Shown piece after piece: positions 51,421 through 62,619 of a DNA stretch of 64,000 nucleotides. Source of the DNA: Isurus oxyrinchus (Eukaryota); the NCBI GenBank assembly GCA_026770705.1, contig JANJGN010000026.1, positions 5,704,001 to 5,768,000 on the forward strand, given 5' to 3'. The translations under genes were made by a program, and so were the position numbers. Position 1 is the first letter of the stretch, and each line of letters opens with the position of its first letter. Below the pieces are notes generated by a model, which had not been told where the DNA came from, ran no database searches, and saw only the letters and a list, made by a program, of their open reading frames with translations.

Positions 51421-52549
51421 TCACGATGGTACTGACATAAGTACGGAGATGAGTTTCAATTGATTTTTCTGTTTATTAAATAACTGAATTGAAACTCCAC
51501 CAGCCACTTATGGTGGGTTTTGACCCTGTGCTCCCTAAGCGTCAGTCTGGGTTTCGGGATCACTGGTTCAGTATTTACATTACCACTCCACCACCATTTG
51601 CCCGAATCCCAGCGACTCGACACAACAAACCAGATTCATTCTGCTTTGTGAAATGGTGGTGTGTTTGTGTTGCCCTCTTATTTTCTGGCTAATCATTTCC
51701 TGATTGTAAAGTTTTAACTGAAACCCCTGATGTGAAGCGCCTTGAGCACCTTAACGGCTCTGGATATGGTGAGATGGTGAGATTTGTCATAGAAATTGAA
51801 TGAATAACTATGAAAATTATTGAAACTTGATAGAAAATGCTGTAATAGTCTACTTTATGTTTTTCAAAACTCTCCTTGGTGAGTGTGGTAACATTGAATA
51901 GGACCATTTTTCGCTTTTACCATTTAACATTTTCACTGAACAGGGCACTTGTTCCCTTAGGAGTTCTTTAGAAGACTGTCGAGGTCAACTAGATCTTCTC
52001 ATGAACGCCTTAAAGGTAAAGAACTGCTCTTTTCGAAATAAACTTGAGATGATGCAACCATAAAATTACCTTAATCAATAAAATTGTTAGACGTCTATGA
52101 AAACAACAGCAATGTTGTCAAATAAATTCAAACATTCTTAACTCTAGCAATGGTGGCGGCAAATCTGATTAAAAGAATTTGGAAATAAATGATTGTTGTT
52201 TGTTCACAGTAAAATCGCGCCCTCTGCTGCTGTATTTTATGACCTGAAAGGAATGATTCTTTACAGGACGGAGATTTTGGGCATGGAAATAATAGAAAAT
52301 CACGGGAAAGTGTGGTAAATTGATTGAACAGGAACCTACGTATTAACGACATAGAAATACTTTCAGCCTCTGTGACAACCTTATACCTTGTAAGATGGGT
52401 ATTCCGATCATCGAAATCTAAAATAAATTGCACTGAACTCAACAACAAAAAAGCAAGGGCATCCAATGCCGGAGGTATTAATGGAGAAACAAATACAATT
52501 AAAGAGTAGAAAATGTATGACAGCGCTCTTTCAGGACGTTGCGTATAAG

Positions 52550-52770
52550 GGGGACTATCCAGGAGCTCCATCTATCAGGAAAACCAGGGATTGTATCAGG
52601 GATTATGTCAGGGACTGTACAACAGAGCATGTCCTGGAGTTCCATCTGTCAGGGAGGTCAGGGATTGTACAAGAGGGAAATGCTCCGGTGCTCCATCTAT
52701 CAGGGAAAACAAGGATTGCATCAGGATTGTACAAGAGAGAATGTCCTGGAGCTCCATCTATCGGGGATAG
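52550..52770. repeat. Compound tandem repeat
   Basis: Four GGAGCTCCATCTATCAGGG-like cores separated by variable numbers of CAGGGATTGT subunits. Confidence 0.8.
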
Positions 52771-53403
52771 GTCGAGGGCGCAGCTGGAGGAGGTCTATGC
52801 GATGGGACCAGATTAGTTTTGTCATCAGCGCCTGCCTCACCCAACTCAAATTCAAATTTGTTTCAAATAGAACAGAATAATATTTGCCGGTTTCAACTGA
52901 TTTGATGCGAGTTTGTAATGATATTATAGGAATACACAGGGGTGTAAATATTGTGCATTGTTAGGCAAAACGCAACTATTTGAAAGACTTGAATAAGAAT
53001 GTGCATTATGCAGTAGCAACTCACTGGAGAGTTATGAGGGTTGAAAAGATTTAACAGGATCTATTTTTCATTAGAGGTCTGGAACCAATAAAACGGATAA
53101 ACAAGATGGATATTCAATATCTATAACGTTATTAATTCAGAAAAAAATATTGTCGTTTGGTTCTTTTGATCTCCAACGGGAGGGAAGCTTCATGCGGCTG
53201 TTCAGGAAAATTTTGTGCAATGTTAAGATAAAATAAATAAATGGTCGCGGGGGAGGTGTGGGGTGTGGAGATGTGTTAATGGAGGATCGACTGAATTTAT
53301 TATTAGTGCAGAGTGAGTGAATTAATTTAATAAAAGGCATTTGGGTTAGTTGATTGTGGAAAGCGGTACATTCAAGTGTTTCAGTGGAGAAATTGTCTAA
53401 TGT

Positions 53404-53463
53404 TCCATGGTGCCCTTGTGGTTAGGAACCACCGAGACCCGGGTTCGATTCTCGGTCAACTGA
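53404..53463 (+). pseudogene. tRNA-Glu pseudogene lacking the anticodon
   Basis: TCCATGGTGCCCTTGTGGTTAGGA / ACCACCGAGACCCGGGTTCGATTCTCGGTCA aligns to vertebrate tRNA-Glu with ~12 nt deleted across the anticodon arm. Confidence 0.75.
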
Positions 53464-53519
53464 GCGCAACTCGGCTCAAGGAGATATTTGGAATCGTTCT
53501 CTTTGTTAGATGAAGTTTA

Positions 53520-54110
53520 GAATGTAAGATGGAGGGCTATATACTCGAACTGTATACAACATTACTTAGGCCACAAGTTGAGAACTGTGTGTAGTTCTGC
53601 CCACCTCATTACAGAAAGGATATAATTGCACTAGAGAGTGTACATAGGAGATTTATGAGCATGTTGCGAAGACTCGAAAAAATGCGACTGAGAGGAAACA
53701 TAGGATAGGCGAGTGTTGATCTCATTGGAACAGGGGAGGCTGAGGGGAGGTTTAATTGAGATGTACAAAATGGTGTAGGGTCTGGTTAGAGTGCATGGGG
53801 AGAGCATATTTACCTTAACAGTGAGTTAAGTGACGAAGGGACATAAATTTAAAGCAAGTAGTAGAAAGGTCAGAGGGGAGCATAATGATTTTTTTTAATA
53901 CCAGATGTTAGTGGGGATATGGAAATCACTGCCTGAAACGCTAATACATGCAAGAGCCATCAACTGATTTAAAAGGTGTCTGGATATGCACCTCAAGTGC
54001 CGTAACCTGCAGGTCTACGGACCAAAAGCTGGGAACTGGGTTTTGGCTGGATGGCTCGTTTTTTGGCCAGAGCAAACATGATTTCTGTACAATAAACTTT
54101 GTGACTCTAT
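53520..54110 (+). mobile_element. CR1 3' fragment
   Basis: Collinear with 10740-11310. Confidence 0.7.
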
Positions 54111-54799
54111 GAAAAATATCAGTTATTGAGCAGAAACACGCTGTTCTTTCAGGCTGGTCCCATTGAGACCAGGATCGTCAAGGCCAATGGCATCTTTTGA
54201 TAAATAGGCAACTCGACTTTCTAATATTGCACATTTTGATTGATAGGTACAAACATTTAATGAGAATAATTCTATTATTTTATTGGGACCAGCTGAATTG
54301 CTCTCAGGAGGCCTGCACGCCCACATTGCTCCCTTCTGTGTTGTATCAATTCTATTCCATGACATCATTACAACATGGGTTTCCATTTCAGCATTGGAAA
54401 TGCAGAGTTTAAACTTAGTTTTGGTAACTTCACGGGGGTAGAATGACTTGCTTCAAGATTATTTATCTCTGAGGTACTGAAGCACAGTTTTCCCATTTGC
54501 CTGAATTGAAGTGGGAATAAGAAGTGCATTCTAATCTAAGAGGCACAGTTCCTCAGAATAAAGTGGGGGGAGGATAAGGAGGAAGGGAGCTGTGTGGTGG
54601 GGGTGGTGCAGTGGCGGGGGTTGGGGGTGGTGCTGTGGAAGGGTGGGGGTGGGTTGGGGGGAGATCGCAGAAGGGGAAAGGTTGCTCTTTGCTTCCCTGC
54701 AATGGTGCCCGCAAGAGATTTGACACTTCTTACCATAGATTGATGTATCGATGATTGAAATTTCCCTTATTATACAAAAAACAGCTGATTTTTTTTCAC

Positions 54800-55175
54800 A
54801 GAATCACAGTATTACAGAATCACACAGTGCAGAAGAGGCACCTTGGCCAATCGAGTCTGCACTGACATGAGAAACACCTGACCGACCTACCTAATCCCAT
54901 TTACCAGCACTTGGCACATAGCCTTGAATGTTATTATGTGCCAAATGCTCATCCAGGTACTACTTAAAGGATGTGAGGGAACCCGCCTCCACCACACTCC
55001 CAGTCAATGCATTCCAGACCGTCACCACCCTCTCAGTAAAAAAGTTTTTCCTCACATCCCCCCTAAGGCTCCTGCCCCTCACCTTGAACTTGTGCCTCCT
55101 TGTGACTAAACCTTCAACTAAGGGGAACAGCTGCTCCCTATCCACCCTGTCCATGCCCCGCATAATCTTGTACAC
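54800..55175 (-). mobile_element. CR1 3' fragment
   Basis: YKIMRGMDRVDREQLFPLV...KNFFTERVVTVWNAL. Confidence 0.85.
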
Positions 55176-55325
55176 ATTGTGTGTGTATAATATAAGGTCG
55201 GGAACAAAGAAAGGAAAATGTCGATGAAGGCTCCCCAGATAATTGGGCACCTTAGTGCAGAGATTCAGTTTCAATATAGGAATCCAAATAATTCAGATTA
55301 CTTCAAGGGACGAGAAAGCACAAGG

Positions 55326-55331
55326 TTTATT
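55326..55331 (-). other. Candidate polyA signal of the Ig light-chain gene
   Basis: AATAAA on the minus strand, ~360 bp after the C-exon stop. Confidence 0.4.
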
Positions 55332-55688
55332 CTGCTAAAGCTGAGAAATGTTGATGCTGCGTTATTAATCGCTTCCTAACGAAACATAATTGAAGCAACT
55401 GAGCCCCATTCGTTTGAAAATATCAGTTACAATTCACAGGCATAGGAGGAAACAATTATCGGCATCTTAAATATGGAACAGGTTACTCTCAGTTTGGTTA
55501 TTGTTAGAGAAAATTAAAAAGCAATTCTGAAATTTATAATTCCTGCTGTTTACAATCTCACAAATACTTAGCCAAGAAATTAAAACTTCACGCCGTTCAG
55601 ATACATTAACTAAATCTACCGAGATAACCGCCACGTTTCGTTTTGAAATTAAACTCAGGAGGTATTGCTTTGAACTAATAACCGGTCT

Positions 55689-56022
55689 TTAGAGATTGCA
55701 GGTGTCCAACCTGATGGATTTCTGAACCAGGGTGTCCTGAGACTTGTATTTGAAGAGACACGAGTAATGTTCCTTCGAGTTCCAGGAGCAGACAGGGACC
55801 CTCAGGTAGCTGCTCATGCTGTAACTGTTGTCAGCCTCATGATTCGGTAGACTTGTGCACACTCCACTCTGCGTCTCACTGCCCCACACTTCCCACAGAA
55901 TGTCCACGAAAGCTGCGTAGAAGCCCCGAATCAGACAGCTCAGCGTCACTGTTTCAGCTGAAGTTACTACCTGGCGCGAAGGAGGAAACAATTCCAATGA
56001 TGGCACATCTGTAGTTGACGAT
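55689..56022 (-). pseudogene. Ig light-chain constant (C1-set) exon
   Basis: PSLELFPPS...VTLSCLIRGFY...LW...ETQSGV.T...DNSYSMSSYLRVP..WN...YSC...KSIRLDTCNL*, with a near-terminal Cys typical of light chains. Acceptors at 56022 (out of frame) or 56008 (in frame). Confidence 0.88.
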
Positions 56023-56876
56023 CTGTAACAGACGGTACATAGATGACATGGACTGTCACTGTAAGAGTCGTTATTGTAGCCTAACGTTATGGTTATCACA
56101 GAACCATAGGAAAATACCACACAGAATGAGGCCTCCATCAGTGCGGTTTTCCATATAATTATTCATCTTGTCTCAGTCATGTACTCTTTTTCCTTAGCCC
56201 CGTAATAGTGTCCACTAAAATATACATCCCATTCCCGTTTCAAAGTTTTATTGAATCTGCTTTCAGCGTCGTCCCTTCCCTGCCCTCCAGATCACAACAA
56301 ACCGTTGCATAAAAAGAAAAATAAATCCCGCATGGCCGCTCTGGTTCTTCTTCCAATTGCTTTATATCTGTATTCTGTGATTAAGGACTTTCCTGTCAGT
56401 GGTAACAGTTTTTCCTAAGTTTCACTGTTGAAGTCCCTAATGGTTTGAATATCTGCATTAAATTACCCCATAACTGTCGCTATTCTAAGGAAACAACAAC
56501 CCCAGGTTTTCCAGTCTGTCCACAGAACTCCCGTCATGCTTCTCTGGTGGGCTTAGTTATGGGCTCATGATCACACCATTACAATTTCGGGAATTGAATT
56601 CAATTAAGCTGGAGGCAAACAAGCTCCAGAGTGTTGTTAATAGCCAAGTGGCTCCCAGGGAATGGACCAACCCCATTCCTACCCGCCTTGTCTATATGTG
56701 ACTCAGTCCCACACTGGTAATTACATTTTGGTTCACTGAGGGCGAATAATAATAGGCCACCTTCGCTCTGTAGCCCACGATGTTCAAAAATAACATTGTA
56801 AATGCTACGACGCCATTATTTACTATCACCGCGTAACATTTTCACCCCTATCTTTTAGTTTTAACAATAGTTTGAT

Positions 56877-56984
56877 GGAAAATTCCTTGAATTGCTTGGT
56901 GTGAACAATTTGCTAAATAAAAGGGGAACTTTCCATTTTGTGTTATATATTGGGGAACTCCCAAACAGATATTTCAAACATCTG
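56877..56984. promoter_or_regulatory. Candidate J-C intronic enhancer (kB-like cluster + E-box)
   Basis: GGAAAATTCC 56877-56886, GGGAACTTTCC 56924-56934, GGGGAACTCCC 56952-56962, CATCTG 56979-56984. Confidence 0.45.
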
Positions 56985-59668
56985 CCAGCAATACGAACAG
57001 AATCATCGCCGCTGTCACATTTATTTGTTCTACAAAACGTATTCCACCCAATGTGCTTCTGATTCGGCTCCACTACAACTGAGAGCGCAACTGCTCGGTG
57101 TGCTGTAGACCAGTGCACACTAAGCCTTGCGCATGTCTGTAAAAATGGATTCGTGTAATATCCTCAGCTGCTTGTTATCTTTTATTGAGGAGAAACGCCT
57201 TTATTTTTCGTAAACGTACTTACAGCCAATGGCCCAAAAGCGAATCATTAAAAGAAGCATTGCCTGTATTTATTTTTACAGAAATTGATTACATTGTATT
57301 GCTCTATCGCGAAAAATTGGTTAAATTCTAATCTGCAACCTCGACATTCAAACCGATAAATGCACCGCTTTATTGTTGGAAAGATCGAAGCCTTTGCACT
57401 AACAACTTTAAAAATCTCATGCGCTAACTTAAAAAAAGCTAACCAGAAGTGAGCTTTCCAGCGCAAGATCCAACTGATTGACCCACACTTCAGAATCAAA
57501 ATGTCTTGCAATAATTTTGGCTATAAATTCGCCTAAGGCGGCGGAACAATACAGGCGGCATTGATTCTACCGGCCGTTCTACACAGCGCCTGATATCCTT
57601 GTCCATGCAGTTAGTGGAGCTGAGTATCGGGAGCTGTTTGAATCATGGCCGACATTGTCTATTTTCTTACACTTATCAGTAGCATGAGGAACAATTGAAT
57701 GAAAAATAAAAGCTCTAAAATTATTACAAATGCTTTGAACTGTCGGGGAAGTAATTGCACGGGTCACTTTCTGAATTAAAATAGGAAATGCATCAAAGAA
57801 TATGTTCCCTGCGTTGCATTGAAAGACAAGTTGGGCATTCACTGGCTTCAATTGCCATGGATCGAAGGAGAAGGCATCTATATCCCATCTGCATCCCATC
57901 ACCCTGCACTGAAATGAGAGCAATTCTTCCTTGCCGGAACAAATAACAATCGGAGGCAATTTCAACCTTTTTTTTTCTTTTCGGAATTATTGTCATTTTC
58001 TGAAATTAATTCTATTGATGGTGATGTTCATACGTGATTCATTGAACATTCGTATTTGAACGTTTCTTTGCCTCGGAGCTCCGCTCTAAACTAATGGCTT
58101 ATGGTTCAAAATGTAATAATACATGGCAGCTCCAAATTAAATACCCTTTCTTCTCAATATTGTACTGTAGGAAATTTAAACCAACAATTTCCTGACTCAA
58201 ACGCTACCACTCAGAGTGCTACCACTAAATCATGGCTGTTACAACAGAAATGATACCAAGAGGGAGTGTAACGGCCCTCTGTGTAAACATTAACATCATA
58301 CTCGGTGTTCCAGTCGAATAATATCACAATTAAATTGTTTCATTCTTAACCTGTCCCACTGTATTAACCTGCAACTTAAAGTGCAATAACGTCTAGTTTT
58401 TTTTAAATAAATACTGATTGATGCGAAGGAGCTTTTCCAATGATCATGGCAGAGGTCTGCAGTTTCATTTAATATTTTACCACGAAGGTCAATTTGCTCG
58501 ATGCGTTTATACAGAAAAAATTGTGCCGAAAAACCAGTTCGGAACAGAAGTGAAAAATGAACTTTCAAATCCTATAAGTTATTGACAACTAATATTTCTT
58601 TTATTATGCTTCATGCTTAACATTTCTGCATATTCAGATATTAAATTGTACGGTTTGCCAATAATTGAAAGATCGGGTGATTTAATTTTTGGTAGCCGTA
58701 CTTGTTCAGATTTAAAGATTCTATTGTTCCGATAAATTTCGGTTTATTTTACAGTGTACACTTTCAGTTATTCGAGCCAATGCATTAGATATGGAAGTGA
58801 CTGAAAATACATTCATTGAAAGAATGGTGATTTGTTGGTTATACACCGTTCAGCCACAAAATAATAACTGCTCACTCACTCCGCTGGCACCATGCCCCAG
58901 AGCAATAATGCATATGGCTGTGTGACCATAAATACATGTAGAATTGAAGAGTGGTGGTAATAAGATAGATTGATCAAACGTTAAGGAAATGAATATCCTG
59001 TAAGAGCAAGTGCCACTCAATGTTAAAATACCGTCCAGTTTTAACCAATTTCACATGGCAATACCAACTAGCTCCCAGAAATAACAAATATCGCCCAATA
59101 ACAATGAATAAAGATTAGCAACAACAAACATCGCCTACTATTGGGAAACTTATCTTCACCACAATGCACGATAGGGATAGGAATTCGCCTTGGCAGTGGC
59201 ACAAATCAGGCCGTATCGGTGAGGCCGTTGGTTCAGTGCAGCCCCTGACATTTAGTTCCATTGGCTAAAATGCAACTGACTATTGGCCGCTGGGAAAAAG
59301 ACGCGGCCTATCTGATACCGTCCATCTCGTCTCAAAGACGATTTTTAACTCGTGGAATCCAAAGAATTTCGGAATCACTGCTTCGTATCCCGCGAAGCTG
59401 AGATTACCCCCACTTTCTTGCATTCCTGACAATAATTTTTATATGGGCAACATTAACGCGTGACCTCGTCTCAGCTGAACTATCACCGAGTCCACCTATT
59501 TTAAACTAATAAAATACCAACTGCCGAGTATCTTAAGCACTGAAGGAAATGTCATTGCCGTGGTGTCGGGCTTGCGAAGTTTTGACACAATGACTGTTGC
59601 AACATTGTGTAATATTTTGCAATCCAAAGTGTTCCCTGAACACAAACACGGCCTCAATATTGACTTAC

Positions 59669-60027
59669 CTAGTACGTGTAGCTCTGTACCTTCACCAAAA
59701 TTATATCCATAATCATAAAACGCACAGTAATAGACGGTCGAGTACTTCAGCTCCACTTGGTTGACCGGAGAGAGAAACGGTTCTTTGGGTCGACTCTAGA
59801 ATGGGCGAAGCGGTCAGTGAACCCTGAGCATCGGTGCAGTGCAACTCCATCATTGGTGCTTTTGTGGGTCAGGATGCACACCGGTGGCTTCCACGGCGTC
59901 TGCCAGAACCAACGGAGCCACCTATCCCCGATACCTCTGTTCTTTACCGAGCAGTTTAAGGTGACGGACCATGCTGGGACGGCAAAGGCAGTTTCGGTTT
60001 GGAGCAGTTCGGGAAGTGCCCAGACAC
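59669..60027 (-). pseudogene. Germline-joined VJ exon of Ig light chain (type I/sigma-cart-like), 1-nt frameshift
   Basis: TTACAG|..VWALPELLQTET...VTLNCSVKN...WLRWFWQTP...SGFTDRF...FSLR [frameshift ~59764] NQVELKYSTVYYCAFYDYGYNFGEGTELHVL-G|GTAAGT. No RSS between V and J. Confidence 0.9.
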
Positions 60028-60151
60028 CTGTAAGGATCAGAGTAAAAGTGATGAGTTCAGGCCAAAGGGAAAGGATAAAGGTAGCATGGTACGTTTTGGG
60101 TCAATACACTTTTAAATCTTTACAGCAAAATCAAATCAACATTTTACTCAC

Positions 60152-60197
60152 TGGAGAAACACGTTAGCAAGAGAAGCATCATATAAACTGTGTCCAT
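60152..60197 (-). CDS. Ig leader exon
   Basis: ATG at 60197; MDTVYMMLLLLTCFS + A|GTGAGT; 46 nt, phase 1, followed by a 124-bp intron. Confidence 0.88.
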
Positions 60198-60284
60198 GGT
60201 TACACTGAGGTACGCGCAGTGATTGACAAACTGGGACTGAGATTCTGACTGTCTGTGCAAAGGTAGAAATTGGGTGCGACACAG

Positions 60285-60346
60285 TTATAATCCAAACCAA
60301 GGAATCTTATTGGCTGTCAGCAACACGCCTTCAAAAATGCAAATTA
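60285..60346 (-). promoter_or_regulatory. Ig light-chain promoter: decamer/octamer, CCAAT, TATA
   Basis: Minus strand TAATTTGCAT (60346-60337) matches the TNATTTGCAT decamer; CCAAT 60313-60309; TTATAA 60290-60285. Confidence 0.8.
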
Positions 60347-60989
60347 ATTTGATGGGAAGAGAACTGGACAACAGACCGAAACCCATGGACACTTGGAAAT
60401 TAAAATTTATGCCGATTGTGAAAATAGCAATTGCAGGCGCAATGTCTGGAAAAAATCCAACACTCACGTATTTGGTAATATCAGCAGTCTTAACTGCCCC
60501 CTTTGTAAATCCCTCATAACATGTACATCTACATGATCTATCTCCCCTTCACCATGCTGAGGCTATGCTCCCTTGCTGGACAGTCAACGAGTATGCTAGC
60601 TTTTCTTTAAAGTTGTGTTTTACTATCCAGCCTGGAAGTTGCCATTGCTAATGTGAATTGAGGACCTTCCGTATTCTAGTGAAACGTCGATTGCCGCTGC
60701 AACACTGCTAAAAGCAGCAGAAAAGGGTTTGGTGCAGCGACATGTTAATGTCGCTGGTGTTTGACATTACAACTTATTTTTGGCCTGATGTAACTCACCA
60801 GCACTTAGAAAGTCAAAGAGATCATCATTCAGCATTTATACTTGACCACAACACAACAACACAACTGTGGATAAATAGAAGTTCTCTGCTGCAGATGTCT
60901 TCCAGTCTACTGAATGGAATCATCAAATGATACGATGAAGAAGGAAGACTCTCTTTCTACCTTTGCGTGCTCTATAAGATTTGTTGAAT

Positions 60990-61620
60990 TTATCTTCGCT
61001 CTTTCCCAGTTGACCTGCAAAAATCCCCTTCAATTTTTTTTTCAAATTCCCTGTTGAAAGTTATTATTAAATCGGTTTCCACCATCCTCTGAAGAGTGAA
61101 TTCCAGATAATGAGCGAATAAAATCAAATAAGTAAATCCTGCTCTACACCCTGACATCCTTCCTAATCTGTGGTGCACACAATTGACGAGAATACTCCAA
61201 CTGTGCTGGCAATAGTGTTCTATTAAGATTTAACATGAATTCCCTTATTACCTTTTTGTCTTTGCATTTAAAGTCAAGGCCCATATTTGTCTTTTTAGCA
61301 GCCTTCTCAAATCCGCCTGCCAATTTCAGAAATTTGTTCACACATACTCTCCTCCGTCCCTTCAAGGGATTACTCCGCTATTTGATTTGTTAATTTATTT
61401 AATTTGTATTAACTTATTTCCCCTTAATTTGACTTAATTGTTATTTTTTTCCAATAAGGGAATACAGCCTCCAGTCTGGAAAATAACCATTTACCACAAC
61501 TATCTGTTTGCAGTCCCCTAACTATTTTATATCAACGCTGCCACGGCCCGTATAATCCTGTAGACTTCACTTTTGAAGCAAATTGATTCTTTATTCTCAG
61601 TAACAGTGCCTGTAGAGATT
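60990..61620 (-). mobile_element. Old CR1 fragments
   Basis: LNRTLLPAQLEYSRQLCAPQIRKDV, a decayed CR1 RT C-terminus. Confidence 0.6.
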
Positions 61621-62619
61621 GGATGACAATGGAGAAAATCAACTCTGTCTCTCACTGAACGCTAAGAGGTGTAGAGTTGTTTGTAGAGGTATTTCTCCTG
61701 TTCTGTCATGTGCCAGACAGTACTTCTGCTTTACTGAAAGATATTGCGACAGCAAAACGACATTTTCCCCAACATATTTGCAATAGTTCTTCGCCACAGG
61801 CAGCAACTGAGGTGGATATTAATGCACCTTTCAATCCATTTTTAAACAAAGTAAGATGAGCAGACTGAGCAGTACTCGGGGTCATTTTACTTTTTTCCAG
61901 GAAAGGGCGCGCAGGATGGGCCAAAATGCTTGGTTTCTTTTGTAAACGTGTTTGTTTATATAGTTTTACCAATCGAATTGCAATGCTTCCCCTCGAACTT
62001 ATACTCCGGTTAGTTTTGCAGATTTACGTGGTACTGACATTATTATTTGACAAACTATAACAAAAAAACAATCAATCTTTATGTTTTTTGCAAGTGTGGC
62101 TTGTCTGCCATCCCGATCAATTGTAAAAGATATAAGTCAGTAAAATCAACTTGCTAACACTCTAGCTGCACTCAGGAAAGCTGCAAATACACAAACACGA
62201 CAGAGCTGCCTGTGCATGTGAGCTAACTGAGGCGGCAGCTGTATAACTCGTTCAGCGCTAAAGGCTGAGCTTGATGCTGACAGTGAATGAAAACTAACAT
62301 TATTGCGTTCATTTCTGACACCCTGGGTAACAAAACGACTCAGGTTGTTTTCAGAAGAATTTCTTAGCGGTACCGTTGCTGTAAAAATAAAGCACGAGGC
62401 AATAGCCAACACTAACTTTCAAATCATTTATGAAAATTTTCAAGTGGGAAGAACACATACTATTCATGTTGACTCGAAACCAAACAGAGTGATTCCAATT
62501 TCCACACCTAAATTTTACTAATAAAAGACATCGCGAAGAATACGACAAAGAAACACAAGACAGACTCTTAAAATAGCAAAGAATCTTATTAACTTTAAAT
62601 GTAATAATCGGTTAATGCT

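Noticed and set aside
59308-59370. ATCTGATACCGTCC resembling part of U2 snRNA
   Set aside because: The match is too short and the U2 5' stem and branch-pairing region are absent.
59723-59729. CACAGTA heptamer-like sequence at the end of V
   Set aside because: It arises from the Tyr-Cys codons (TACTGTG); no properly spaced nonamer is visible, so it is not an RSS.
59757-60167. 136-aa plus-strand ORF
   Set aside because: It is the antisense shadow of the Ig V exon.
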